The notes under the pieces: generated by a model | The model's input: only the letters and a program-made list of their open reading frames with translations | Database searches by the model: none | What the model was told of the DNA's origin: nothing | Assembly (NCBI GenBank): GCA_028534125.1 | Contig: CM052816.1 | Span: 91,948,001 to 92,012,000 of the forward strand | Direction of reading: 5' to 3' | DNA: 64,000 bases | DNA from: Lama glama | Taxonomy: Eukaryota | In this document: positions 36,430 through 50,000 of the stretch, piece by piece | How the letters are laid out: every line of letters starts with the position of its first letter | Numbering within the stretch: the stretch's first letter is position 1 | Translations under genes and position numbers: made by a program

Positions 36430-38760
36430 GTTAGAATCAGTCATTGAGTGGACGTTGGCCCCAGGCCACTGGAGGAAATACTAAAGGGACACTGCCCATC
36501 TCTCAAGTAGCCATTTAAAAAGCACTGGAAATTACAAAATGGAAACTGTCAGACCCAGTTTACGCACCTCTGCAGATCTGCTCAGATAAGGCTGTTCCAA
36601 GGGCTTTGCCAACCTGCCCTGCTTCGTGATCCCTGTGGAGCCAGCAGTGGCTCATGTTTCCGCTGTGATGGTAAAGTCTGCGCCGTGATGCTGTCACGTG
36701 GCTTAACACCATTGACTTTAACAGTCTTTACCAGGGGCAAGGGCCTGCAGCACTGGGAAACGGGAGCTCTAGGATCTAGGTCCTACCCAACTGGACCCAA
36801 AGAAGCTCTGGTTTCTTTAGCAGCTACCCAGAGAGGCCGATGCTAATGCTGCATAGATCTTTGAACAATTAAAGAAGAAGAAAAACTGGCAGATACGTTG
36901 TTCATCTTCCCATGGCATCTCTAGTGGAATGTTCTGAGTGGTAAGAGTAATATTGCCTCACTGAGACATTGCATATATATCCACAGAACCAGCGATATCT
37001 TCTTGTGAAGCTGTGGCCAGCTTGGTAATGCACACACTTGAATTTGTTTTCTCCTTTCCTGCCTTTGCTTTCTTTCCACATTGTTGCTTCACTGTATCGG
37101 AAGGTAAGCTTGGTTCTACACTAATTCTAGGCATCTAGGTTAAGACACTCAATCATAGAAAGTAGTCCCTTGGGATAGGACTTTGTCTGGGGGTGATATG
37201 AAGGACAAGTGGGGTGGTAACAGCTACTAAAACTTTTATTTAATGATATTTGAAGTATCGGTGGAAAGCAAGACATTGGGAGACAATGTGGCTTCTGTTC
37301 TTGATTGGGAAGGGGAATGTGGTCATAAAAAAGACTGTGGTGATGGATGGGATACTTTTGATAGGCTTAGGGCAACAAACTGACAACTTAAATCACACTT
37401 CGAAAGCCGGAGGGCCTCTCTGACAGATTTAAAGTGAACGTTCACAACCTTTAGACAAAGGGAAGATGGCATTGACGGTCAGGGCTAGTATCTAATTACC
37501 AGCATGGCACAGTGGCAGAAGAGACCATGTGCACAACCTAGATCTTTTACAATGAAGCTGACACCTGACATAAAGAGTAAGAATGGGGAATTTTAGATCA
37601 ACATGTCTAATGAGCTGGATCCCTCAATTCACTCAAACTCTACTGGTCAGTAAAAGGAGTCCCCTTCCAATTACCAGATGAGAACAAACTCCCCTTACCT
37701 GGACACTGTACAAAATCTTCACCCGAAGCTTGTGTCTCTCAACATGACTCATCTGTTTTTTCAAGTGGTCTGTCCCTGCTACTCCTCATTGTGACCAGAC
37801 TAGGTGACAACACTTCACAATCTGGGCCAAAGTAGTTGTAATTACTCTAACAGTGATGTTGGAGTGAGACTGGGAATAATAAATGTTTGATCCATGGGCA
37901 ATTATGTTTGGAAAAGTCAGAAAAGACAAAGAAATGTTTAGATAATGTCACCTGAAATAAATGCACAGCCTAAAAGTTGAGAGGTACGTTTTATTTGGTG
38001 GACAATTCTGAGGACTCAGCCCGGCATGACAGCCTCTCAGATCGCTCTGGGGGACTTCTCTGGAGAGGCAGGGGAGGAGCTAGGATAGGCAGGAGCTTTA
38101 CAACAAAGACCAGGTAGTTGGAACAATAAAAGATTCCTTGTTGTCTAAAGAAAACCAGGCATCTCAAGTTAAAGAATTAGTGCTTTTCTTTGTATGGGAG
38201 GAAGCAAACATTTGGGCTCATTGAATTCATTCCTTTGACAAGCACCTAGCTATCTAGGGCCAGTGTCCTGTCCTTTCTTATCCTGAGTCCCCTCAGGGTG
38301 CACCATTGTGAGTGGCTGCAGAGGCTGGGCTGCAGAGGCCTGGCTGCAGGCTTGTCTTCACTGGGGGGTGGGGCAGCCACTGAGGACTTGATGGTTTCAG
38401 CATTCTTTGTTTACTGATATGGCTTGCAGTATTTTTTGTTCGCAATAACTATGGTGTTGCTTGATGTGTATAATCAAAAAATATCGAAGTCTGATGAACC
38501 GAAGGGTGATGTCAGTAGCTACAATGGAAATTCAAGGTTCCTCACCCTATTTTAGGATCTAAGTTAATTTACAGACTTAGAGTCATATGATTGACAGGGA
38601 AGTGTGGTAACAATAGAGTGAAGTAAACAGGGTAGATTAATTCCTGAATCCTTCCCTAAAGGGACCCACGGCCAATTTTCAGCGTAAGCATCCACTGTCC
38701 AATTTTTGGAGAGCTGTTAGATACAGAAGTTGAGCATCCATTGATCTAATTAGACCTAAA
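36430..38760 (+). mobile_element. Ancient ERVL-type LTR plus degraded internal sequence (host of the solo LTR below)
   Basis: LTR-like end 'ttctaggcatctaggttaagaca' at ~37146, then ERVL gag-like text 'aaagactgtggtgatggatgggatacttttg'. Confidence 0.45.
37946..38444 (-). mobile_element. ERV1 solo LTR, MER41-like (cetartiodactyl type)
   Basis: TG...CA termini with 4-bp TSD ATAA (37942-37945 / 38445-38448); 'gcacagcctaaaagttgagag...ttttatt...cagcctctcagatcgctctg...tttgtttactgatatggc' matches my recollection of bovine/porcine MER41-like LTRs. Confidence 0.8.
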
Positions 38761-41429
38761 ATGCCTTTGTGTTCTTCTGATTGGGGAGGACTTTTTTAAA
38801 AGAGATTTGGGGAGAAGCAACAGATGGAGAAAGCTTCCAAGCATGCGAGTGGGGCTAGAATTGAATGCCCAGAGTAAATTTTGAAACCAGAGGATAGGGT
38901 AGGTGGAGAGAATAATTTATACGTGCCTAGAGAAGTTAGCAGAGGAAAAAGTATATGGCAAGACGGAAGCCGAGACAGGAAAGAATTTCAAATAGAAAAT
39001 GTCTTGTCAGTAAATGTAACAAGATCTCCATCTGTTCTGAGGATTAACTCCTGAGTGTTTGTTTCCATTTGTAGAGCAGCAGAAGGTAAATTCTGCCCAC
39101 AGCAGTTCATGATTAAAAGGTAATTCTTCCTTTTCAATTGGTTCTAAGGGAGAGACACTCCTTGGAGTGGGGCTAGGACAGGGCAAGGACAGACGCCTGG
39201 GGTAAAGTTTTGGCTATCAGCAATATGGCGCTAATGGAGAGACAGATTGGTTTAGCTCTCAGTTACACTGCCTTCTTGCATTTTGTGGCCTTGGGCAAGT
39301 GTATTAGAATTGGAAGTGGCCTTGGGAGTCATTAAACAGGAAAGGAATCTTGAAGACTGTTTTAGCTTGGGCCCCTGGAAAACAGAGCCTGAAGCAAAGT
39401 TTACATGTTAACATCAAGTTAGGCAATCCCACGCATGAGGAGAAAAGGGAAGTGATTCAGGGCACAAAGAGAAGGCAAACCAAATATGGGGTGTAATTTA
39501 CCCAGATGGCCACATCTTTCCAAGAAAACACAACTCTTTGCTTGGCCAAATGAAAGGCTTATAAATTGTTAAAATTAATCTGTGAATTTATCAAGGTCAA
39601 TATAAAATTAAATTAATTTACATATATCAACAACAAACGATTAGAAAAATAAACTGAGAAAGAAAAGGAAAGTTTGTCTCTGTTATACTGTTAGAATAAG
39701 CCACATCTCACCTTCTTCCATAAACAGAGTCTAGAATATACATTTTTACTACAACCATCTCTGAATTTTCAATTAGGTAGAAATGTCCTTAGTAAACTAT
39801 TCAAGCAGTTTCCCTGAAGAAGTCCGTGATGCTAAGAATCTCCTGTGACCATTTGTAGAGCCTTCGTAAATTATCTTCTGATGGTTGACAGCTTTGGTTT
39901 TCAAGAAGAGTGTATCTTCCATGGTAAGCTATGAGCAGAATCATTTCAGAGTCGTCTCCAGGTTCTTGGTGAGGCCCTTCTCTGGTCTGCCTAAACATTT
40001 TCATCATAAGACCCAAATAAATCCTGTCCTTTCTTGGCTTTTCCCTAATGAAGCAGCTGCATTCTGTTTGGTCCTTCTCTACCTGGACCTCTGTCCCGCT
40101 TTCATGACTCCTTAGGACTTCACAGAGCTCCGTATAACAGGAGCCTCTGCAGCGGAAGCCAATGTGTGTATTAACAAGAGATTGTGATATTAACATAAAC
40201 ATAGACACAGAGATTTAAGAAATTGAAACAAACCACTCATGTTTGAGTAACATGAAAATAACAGTTTTACTCCCCTGAGCTATCACTATTAATAAAAGTG
40301 TTTTCCAGTCTGTTGTAAAAAGAATCACCAGCACCAGCTGTCACTGGTGTCACTTGCTTCCTCCTAAGACTGATTTGTCTGATAAATAAATGTGAACACT
40401 TAAAAAAAATCGTCTTTTAAGAGCTGGTAAATTACAGACTGAAAATGAATTTTCAGTTTACCAAACTTTTTCTACAGTCTAACCAGAGAGCCATGCAATG
40501 TTTTTCTAACCAAAATGCTATATAGAATTTTAATCTTCAGAGAATGTCTCTGAATAGTGCATAAAAAATTTGGACTGCACAAAAAGAACTATTTTGAGAG
40601 TCGTTTGAATAGCGCCCACCCTTGGTCACCTATGCCAACTACCTGTAGATATAATCCTGACACTGTCTTGTACACATGCTCATAATAAACGCACAAAGTG
40701 TTTGGATCTGTGTGAAATTTTTCTTTTTCTTTTTTTTTCCTTAGCTAAATATAGTGGGAAGCAAAAAAATATTTATTTGGTGAAAATGTCTCATTTTGTG
40801 AGTCATTCATTCAACAGCGTTTGGTTCATTTGATTTTGTTGGGCATTTTTATGAATCTGATATATTTACCCAGAGGACTTTTGGCACTGGCAGCATATTA
40901 AAATCAGCAAAAAAATAACTATCTAGCCTAGGATTGGGAAGCCTCAATTGCATCCAGATGACGACCAAATCCACTTCATGTTTCCAAAGCAAATAAAATT
41001 AATTGTGTCAAAAATTAATCCTTTGGAGACTTCTGGAATGTTTATTTATTCCCATCCTAATTACTGTGGCATTTTAGTGACCCTACTTTGTGTTATCTAC
41101 ACTTTCCCTTGACTTCCTACTTGTCTTCCTTTTTGTTCATTATCCTCCTTATTTCTGAGCCAGATGGTTTATCTGAACCCACAAATGAAAAGGAGAATTG
41201 AGGCAAGAATATAGAGGATTTGAGTAAAGAAAAACCACATGATATTTTCCAAATGTATATTTCATTTTGGACCCCCAGCTAATTTGTCTGTCTCTGGAAG
41301 CCCCAAGCTCTCCCTTATCCAGCATGCCTCATCAGAGAATCTTCCTTAAAATACTCTTTTGCAACTTACCCGCCCAAGATTAGGTGGGCATCTTCGAATG
41401 CCCAGTGATGGGATGCACACGTGGGTGAC

Positions 41430-41765
41430 TTCCACGGAAGAGAAAGGAAGAGAGTTTACATTGATTATGTGTTGATCAAAGGGTACAAACTTCCAACCAG
41501 AAGATGAATAAGTTCTGGAGATCAAATGCATAGCATAATGATTATAGTCAACAACATTGTATAATATACTTCAAAGTTAGTAAGAGAGTAAATCTTAAAT
41601 AGTCTCACCACAAAAAAGAAACTATCATTACATGACATGATTGAGGTGTAAACTATGCTATTCCAGTAATCATATTGTAATACATCAATGTGTCAAATCA
41701 ATACATGGTACACCTTCAATTTACACAATGTTACATATCAATTATATCTCAGTTTAAATAAGATA
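41430..41765 (+). mobile_element. L1MA-type 3' end
   Basis: 'tcaaagggtacaaacttcc...gatgaataagttctggagatc...tacaccttcaatttacacaatgttacatatcaattatatctc'. Confidence 0.85.
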
Positions 41766-42579
41766 AAATTGTATAAGTGAATGAATGAGCTAGTCTATTA
41801 GCTATTCCAGAAGAAAAAATTCATTAATTATAACTTAGTTTGGATCCAGAGAATTATGTCTAAGTTTGACTTTATTTATTACTTTGGCTATTCCCAAAAT
41901 GAAACTCAAAGACAAATAATGAACACAGGAAAATAATGTGAAACAAGTTTTAAAGGCACTTTCCATAAAGAAGTTCTAGAAATGGGTTGAGAAGTGGAAT
42001 TATCTCTGGGGGAAACACCAGTCTTCTAAGATGGGCCCGGGAAAAATCAGACCCCTGAGAAGGGGCACCCCGAGGGTGCCTGTTCAACAAACAAGACCTT
42101 AATGTTAGCCCTGCAGTGATAGTGCTTTCATTCGGACTTACACTGTGTCTTACTCCCTCTGCATGAGTTTTGACTCCCCAACACTTCTGCAGAGAGTGGT
42201 GACCCCCAGTATCTTCAGAATCTTCCACAAGTGCAGGGTAGTTTTAAGGATATAATAAAGGTCCCTATATTCACATGTTGGCAGATTATAAAAATTCATT
42301 TCTTTGTCTGTTTTTGGATCAACTAAACAAATTAGACAAAAATCATTTGCTTTAATTCATTCAAACAGAATCTTGACCTGCAAATAGGTCCATTTTTATC
42401 AGTTAAATAAACTCAGTAATCTACTTAAAATAATTAGTATGAATTCTTTTTAAATCAGAACAAGAATGTAGACATAATTTCTATATCTGGATAGAGTCTT
42501 CCTATTTCTTTGGGTATCCTTAGCCACTTCTATTTGCTATATTGTGTCCTGATTTAGTACCAAAAAGTAGGCTGATATG

Positions 42580-42845
42580 CCTGGAATGCTGGGAAGTCCA
42601 AGATCAAGGTGCAGCCAGAATTGGCGTCTGATTGGTGGCCAGTTTCCTGGCTAATAGTCCTCTCACTGTGTCCTCACATGGCAGAATGGGCAAGGGAGCT
42701 CCCTGGGGTCTTTTTCATATGTGCACAAATATCATTCATGAGGGCAGAGACCTAATCACCTCCCAAAGGGCTTCACCTCCACGTTTCATCACAGTGGGGG
42801 TTAGGTTTCAACATAATTTGGGGAGGACACAAACATTCAGTCCAG
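42580..42845 (-). mobile_element. MLT1A-type LTR fragment
   Basis: 'gctgggaagtccaagatcaaggtg...tgtgtcctcacatggcaga...ggggaggacacaaacattcagtcca'. Confidence 0.8.
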
Positions 42846-43001
42846 AGCCCCTAGCAGATGTTCACTTTTCACCGCCAGCTTCATGGGAGGCGCTGCATGC
42901 TGATTTGTGAAAGTGTTCTTGTCTTGGGTAGGTTTGAATAAACTCTAAGGTGTCTTTCCAATCTAAATCTAAGATTCCATGAATTGATATGAGCTCAAAA
43001 C

Positions 43002-43135
43002 GTTCTTGGTTAGTTTGTTTTGGAGGGGAAGTAATTAGGTTTATTTATTTATTTTTAATGGAGATTCGGGGATTGAATGCAGGACCTTGTGCATTGTAGG
43101 CATGTACTCGACCACTTGAGCTACATCCTCCCCCC
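43002..43135 (-). mobile_element. Camelid Vic-1-type SINE
   Basis: 'gtaattaggtttatttattt...ggggattgaatgcaggacc...catgtactcgaccacttgagctacatcctcccccc'; TSD agctcaaaac at 42992-43001 and 43141-43150. Confidence 0.85.
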
Positions 43136-43239
43136 TTATAAGCTCAAAACAAAACAAAATTCTTTCAAAATGAGTTAAGGTAGAATTTTTTAAATATGCA
43201 TCTGCTTTGTGCCAGTACCTCTTGTTATGTCACCGCACT

Positions 43240-43657
43240 GTAATGGCTGCTATGAGTCACTGCCTTGATGCCCCTCCAGGACTGGCACACTCTGTCCCCG
43301 CAGCTGCTGGAAGTCCTGGCAACTGTGCTGGCTGCTCCTTCCTTCTCCAGGAATTGCCTTTGACCAACGGGACTACCCCACTCACGTTGATGCCTCCTTC
43401 CTGGGGGAACCCAATCCGACAACTAGACAAAAGACTGCCCCCTTTGCCTCACCTTGGGATAAGTGAAGGACCATCCCTGTTCTTGTGGAGCTCCTCGTGG
43501 ATCAGTGGGGCCTCTTCTGCAGCTCAGCTCAATGTCTCCCTCTGTCCCACGCTCCCTCCTTCACTTCCTGATGAGTGTTGCCCCTGCCACAAGCCCTGAT
43601 CAGACCCCTGCATTGATCAGCCTCAATGTCTTTTCCAGGGAACCCGACCAAAGACCT
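43240..43657 (+). mobile_element. LTR16-type ERVL LTR
   Basis: 'ccccgcagctgctggaagt...ggagctcctcgtggatcag...gtcttttccagggaacccgaccaaagac'. Confidence 0.75.
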
Positions 43658-44719
43658 CATTTAGTAGTAAACACACAGTTTAGTGTCTTATGGCAAGTCA
43701 AGCACTATTTAAATAATAGTTGGGATGAAGACAGTAGCTCATCAGGGAAAGCTGTTTAGGGAGAGTGTGCTAAAACTCACTGGGCAGTTGTTAAACAGCA
43801 ACACGCCCAGCATGTGCAGACAGAGCTCCCTAGAAAGTGCCATGTTCCAGATGGTCCACCATTTGGCTCCAACCTAGTTTGAAAGTGACTTTCTACTGAA
43901 ATGAACAGAGATTGATGGAGCTCCCCAGTTTCGGTGTGAAAACAGAATATTAAAGTCAGTAATGGAAAACTCAGATTACTGAGGCTGAAAATGCAGAACT
44001 ATCCAAAAAAGAAGGTACTAGAAGGAATTTCTGGGTATACAGTGAAGTGATAATGCATCTAGAGGCTACAGATGTCATCTTAGCAGTGATTTTTCAGTAA
44101 CTGTACACGCGGAGACTGGGAATAAGGACAACTAGGCAAGAAAAAGACTCCAGGATGACGTAAGCACAAACAGCTTGGGGCAGAGAGAAGGGACCCACAG
44201 AATCTAAATAATACAGGCAAATATCATTCCTTTTGAAGCAGGTCAGAAACAAGCCCGTTTTATCCGCCCTTAGATGGAAGTTTCTCTGCTCCTTCGAAGG
44301 GAAGTATTTGACATTAGTATTAGACAAACCCCACTTTATATATAAACTCACTAAATAAGAGATTATCTTCATCTTTCTGTTGTCTCTAAGGTCCCATGTC
44401 AAGGAAGTTTCCTAGACGTTTTTATAGAGAAACATTTATATTCATATGGCCTCCACCAAGAGTCTGGTGCCTCAGGTCCAGAGCATCTTTAAATAACTGT
44501 CTTTAACTGATGTTACTTCTGTCTGGGGTTGCTACACATTGCATTTTCAGAGTGCTGTTCTTTGTTGACTGATTGTCTCCTATTATGCGTGAGACACTAG
44601 GAGGCAGAAGAACTCAGATGCCCTTCTGGTGTCCCCACTGAACTGCCCCGTGGTTTATAGCAAGACACTCCACTGCTAAGCTTCAGTTTCTTTGTGTGTC
44701 TAATCTGTATAATCTAAAC

Positions 44720-44934
44720 CAGTGTTACCCAATAAAACTCCCATCATGATGGAAATATTCCGTCTTCTGTGCTGTCTAATATGGCAGCTATAACACACAT
44801 ATATCTATTGAACACTTGAAATGTGGCTGATGGGACAGAGAAACTCAATGTTAAATTTTATTTAATTTTAATTAGTTTATATTTAAATATAAACAGTCAC
44901 GTGTGCTACTGGCTACCATATTATACAGCACAGA
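44720..44934 (+). mobile_element. MER3-like hAT-Charlie MITE
   Basis: 'cagtgttacccaataaaac...gatggaaatattc...cacttgaaatgtggct...tggctaccatattatacagcacag'. Confidence 0.8.
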
Positions 44935-45113
44935 CCGCCATTGACATTTAGGTGCTGAAATTTTACGTTGCTATTATTTCAAGAAGTTTGAGGTTCTGCC
45001 ATTGGTACCAGTAGCTATGAAATTCGGTGGCTTCACTGCAGGTAAATATTTGTTGTGTTATCTATACTCTTGACCTATTTTTGCCAAGAATTAAGTCTTC
45101 TTATAACCTAAAA

Positions 45114-45352
45114 CATAAGTTGGCAAACTGTGGTCCTTAGGCAAATCCAGTCTGCTGCCAGTTTTTGCAAAAAAAGAAAAAAAAGAAAAAAACCAACCAT
45201 TGTTTGGAACAGCGTCGTGCCATTTGTTTCAGTATTGTCTCTGACTGCTTTTGTGGCACAATGGCAGAATTGTAGTGTGACAAAGACTGCACGGCTGGGA
45301 AGGCAAAAATATTGCTGAATGGGTTTCACAGAAAAAAATTTGTCTACCACTG
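45114..45352 (+). mobile_element. MER58A-like hAT element
   Basis: 'gttggcaaactgtggtcc...caaatccagtctgctgccagtttttg...ttcacagaaaaaaatttgtctaccactg'. Confidence 0.75.
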
Positions 45353-46254
45353 ATTAATAAGGGAAATTTGCTTTCATTGGATGTTATAATAATTATTTAT
45401 TCTTTTGTATTATATTACTTTATTTTGGACGGTAAGACTTCTGTATGAGAATGTTGGGTGCTTATTTATTTTTCCTCTCATTTTGACACCAATTCAAGGT
45501 TACTGGCTCAGTGGGTCCACACTTCTCCCTGCCACGTTTCGCATTTCAAATGTCTGATAAACTGTCTTATGCAGTGGTTGTTTCAGTAAGTTGACCAGAT
45601 GTTGCCATAGCCTGTGTGTGATAAAACTTTCCAGGTGATCCTCTTGTTCTTTCTTTCTCTCTCTTTTTTTTTTTTGTAGGAATATCAAATTCAGTTCAAG
45701 TCATTGATTTTCCATATTTTTTTGAGATAGGTTCATGCACAGAGAAAACTATATACACTGGTGCTCAAAGTATACATATGGTATCAGTTTCTCATTAGTA
45801 GCAAGGGTGGAATTTGTGTAAAAAATTTTACTGCATCTTTGGATGCTTTTATCTATGTACCCCCAAATCATTATGCTTTTCAATCCACAATTGGAATGTC
45901 TGGGGGCTACGTCAAGGAGGGTTATATGTGATTACATACATATCACAGTTGAAAAGCTAATAGCTGTGTTAATGTATTTATTATATTATTAATCTTATTT
46001 ATATGATATACTTAATAATATCTGAGACTTGTTTTTTAAATAGCAGGAAATATCTGTTCTAACATTTTCTCACTTCTTATGACTGCAATTCCTGCTCATG
46101 TTTCAGCGTATAGGAAAATCAGCAATCAGCTTTTGGGACATATGTGTTCGTATGCATGTGGTTGAGATTTGTGCTGTAACTTAACAAGCATGACCTGATC
46201 CTAACAGAGACATTTCCTCCAGGAAAAGCCAAGAGAAGCCTGTGCACAAGGTGC

Positions 46255-46380
46255 TAAATAATCGGGAACGCAAAGAATATGAAAACGCATGTATCTGTGT
46301 ATGTGCACGACGGGGACATTGTGCTGAACACCAGAGCTGGACACATTGCAACTGAGTGTACTTCAGTTTTAAAAAAAAAC
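46255..46380 (+). mobile_element. Short L1 3' tail (same family as 32915)
   Basis: 'gaatatgaaaacgcatgtatctgtgtatgtgcacgacggggacattgtgctgaacaccagagctggacacattgcaactgagtgtacttcag' plus A tail. Confidence 0.75.
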
Positions 46381-46706
46381 TTGGAACACAAAGGGTTCTA
46401 ATTCATTGATAGTAAGTGTGTTAGTTTGACCTTATTGCTGTAGGTTTTTGGTCACATTGCTCTCTTTTCCTATTTAAAAAGTGTGGCATTTTCTTTTAAA
46501 AAAACAACGGGTTTAAAACAACTTTGCAAACAATATGATACTTGCAAACAATATGATATTGCAATTTCAGTCTCCTGGTTTTCATAAGGGCTGTATGCCG
46601 CGATGAAAATTTGGCTCTTCGACATTCTAATTACAGCTTAATACAAATCCTGGAATATCTTATTGAAAACGAGCGGTAGCATAGGACGCAAGTATAATTC
46701 TGACTA

Positions 46707-47047
46707 TGTGTCTTCGTGTTTTGGGGCTACTATAACAAAAATACTGTGGACTGGGTGGATTATAAACCACAGAAGTCAATTTCTCACTGTCAGGGAGACT
46801 GCAAAGTCCAAGATCAAGAATTGGTATCTGGTGGGGACCAACTTCCTAGTTCACAGTTGGTAGTGTTCTCTCTGTGTCCTTGCTTGACAGAAGGGGCGAG
46901 GGGGCTCTCTGGGGTCTTCTATAAGGGCATGGATCCCATCCACGAGGGCTTTGCCCTCATAATATAATCACCCAATTCCCACCTCCTTGAACCATCACGT
47001 TGGGAATTAGGTTTCAACATATAAATTGGGAGGATACATTCATGACA
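46707..47047 (-). mobile_element. MLT1A-type LTR
   Basis: 'ggggctactataacaaaaatactgtggactgggtgg...aagtccaagatcaag...ttaggtttcaacatataaatt'. Confidence 0.8.
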
Positions 47048-50000
47048 GTCTCCAATGATGCTGGGCCTCTGTCAGATGGCAGTTTTGTGCACTACTTCCT
47101 GGACCAAAATAATCCATAGTGAGGTAGAAACCTTGGTGTATGAGCGCAGGTCCTCACACTGCTCTGCACCAGCTCCACGAGTGGGCTGTGTTGATGTAGA
47201 CTGTTGGGGGCAATCTGTCTGATATTTTAATGACTCTTTAACAAACTAGCATGTTTTCTGGCATTTTGTAAAAATATAAATTCTGACATTACTCTTATTT
47301 CTCATTTTTCATCAACATGGTTGCTGTCGTACCTTTCTGGTGAAGATCTTACCTGTCCACGGTGACACTCCGCAAGGCATCTATGAAAATTCCAAGACCT
47401 TAACACTGCTTGTGAGAGCAAATTATTATTTTCCAAATTACAAAGAAAATGGAAACATTATAAGATGTTTATGATTTGTTAAACTCGAAGACAAACCTGT
47501 ATCTATTTTATTGTCTAAGAAATGTTAGCACCTAATATTTTCCGAAACCACTGAACTAACACAGAAATCGGCCAATAATAAGTCCTTCCCGGTGCTCCCC
47601 TAGCACTTTGCCCATCACCCGAGCACAGAGCTTAGCATCTTGCACGGCATTTCGTTTACTGAGATCTGGAAGCTGTTGCGCATGGGCAGGACTAAAAGAC
47701 CAGTCTACCCATTTCTGCAGGCGAGGCACTGACTGCACAGTCATCTCTTTGATCAAGGAGGGATCACCTCTGTGGGAGGACCCTAGAAGGCACTTGCTCA
47801 CCTGACAGATCACAAGAAAGTGTGCCCTGTAACCGCTCTGTCTGTGCCGCTCTCGGCTGCCGGTGGCATGGCTGTGCAGAGGCACCCCTCTATGGAGGAC
47901 CCGGATCACTGACTTCCTTCTGGTTTATTATTTTTCTTCCTTTCTTCTTTGTTTGAATCACAAGACAGTATCCTCCTCAAAGTGTAATAGCTTCTTCTTA
48001 TGGTTTTGCTTCCGTTGTTTCAATTTGCACTTTCTTTCACATGTAAGTCTTAATTATCTCTACAGGCTTCCTTTTCCTGATTGTTTTTCAGTCTTTGTAA
48101 AGGCAGTGGGGAGGTCATGCGTCCACCCTGTCTATCCCCTGAAATGCTGAAAAAAAAAAAAGGACTCACAGGGACTACATTTGGTCTTTTGACTGTGATG
48201 ACCATCAAAAGCCTACAGGCCTGGAGCAGGCCCTTCTGGCCCACTGAGCTGCACTCCGGCATCAGACCATTGCTGACTTCAGGAACTATGACTCAAAACA
48301 GATCGGCGACATTTGTGGTTGCATCTATGGTAGCAGTGTTGTTGAGCATTTTACCATCTCTTGCCTGCATTCCCCAGGAGCTCCCTTTCACCGTCATGCC
48401 CACCAACCACCCAGCAGAGAAATGTCTCTGAGCCCTGGCCTCACCAACCAGCATTTGATTCACTTCTGTCCTAAGGCTGTTGTACTGGGGGCCAGGCAAC
48501 ACGGAGCCAAGTACAGAAGTGTGATGGGGGAAGGTGTTAATGTGGTCCCTGCTTTTATTTATTTTTTCTTCTTCTCTCTTTTCCCATTTCTCCAATTTCT
48601 TCATTAAGTTCCTTGCCAAATGTGACTTTATAAGCTATCATGAATAACTTCTGACATGAGGCAGTGTAGATAAAAAGGTGGAAAGAGAGAAAGAGGAAAA
48701 GGAATGTGGGAATGTGGCATCCTCGTTCCCCTTCCAGGGACTTTTCAACACAAAACATTCTCTTGTTCACCTTTTTTTTTTTCTTTACATTTTCTAAGAT
48801 GATGAGTTAATGAAAACAAGTAAATGTTTAGGTCCTTGATTAATTTCTCTATCATTATTATTTTTAAAGATACTCGAGTCATTGGTAATACTTTTAAGAC
48901 AATCTTTTAAAAACACCACCTCTAAAACTGAATTTCCCAAAATATCTATCAGAAGCTTCAAATTGGCTTTCATTTAGTTTGAACATTTATGCGTTTTCTT
49001 TTAGATGACACTCTTTAACCCTGAGGTGAATCCCACAGGACCGTGATGCCTGGGTCTTCTGCACGTCACCCAGCATCCATAAGCATCCCCTCTGGGGTGA
49101 AAGGCAGGCACTATTTCAACAGTGCGGAAAACGATCACTACCTCATCTCGCTGCAGTTACGGCCAGACTGGAATCAGTCACACTGGCCCTAAGCCAGCCA
49201 TCCAAGCTGCCTTGACAATCATGCTCTACAGACAAGGCAATGTCTGTAATGTCACAAGTTCAGAAGCTTTGTTTTATAATTCCAAGCTTTCTAAAAAGTT
49301 GTCAGTGGGCTTCAGAATCATTTATTCTGTTTACCAGCAGTGCTTTTCAATAAAACCCTTCCTAAAGAAGCTTAAAAGAAAATATAAACTTTTACTCTGG
49401 GCAAGTAAGGAGAAAATAAAGGTGGGGAAAGGGTGAGATGTGTTATGGACATCATTTGTGGGCCCGTAAGCTAGCTTTTGTTATCTCTTTTTCATTTGAC
49501 ATTCTTGAACTATATTTTGGTTTCTGAAACTTTCCAAGACCCTTCCCACAGCAGGGCCTTCTCCTATTTTTCTCTGGCTGAGTCTTAACTTGCGCCTCAA
49601 GTATTGTTCTAAATGGACCTTTCTTGAGGACGCGCTCCATTGCCCCAAGACTAGGTTAGGGTCTTGCTGTCACATGCACGCTTGGAAGCCTGTGCTTTTC
49701 CTTGTCAGAGTCTATCATTACCATGATTATACATTCAAAGGTGCCTTTAGCTTGTTCATGGCAGTAACCACATCACTTACCACAGAGTCTGGGAGGTCAT
49801 CATTCCTCAATAAATAGCTGTTTATTGATTGAATAAATATTGCTTGACCAAGAGAAGAGTTAACATATAATGCTGTTAATTTACTTATGTATTTGCAAGT
49901 TATGGAACATGACAGTAACAACTAAATTAGAAGGATGAAATAGATTTTCTTGAGTTATAAAAAAAAACCTTAGTACCTCCTTTCTTATTTCTATCGCTTT

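Noticed and set aside
39801..40208. 135-aa minus-strand ORF
   Set aside because: Non-ATG start, no recognisable homology and no convincing exon boundaries.
48081..48619. Overlapping 108-116 aa ORFs on both strands
   Set aside because: No recognisable protein similarity and no clear exon structure; treated as chance.
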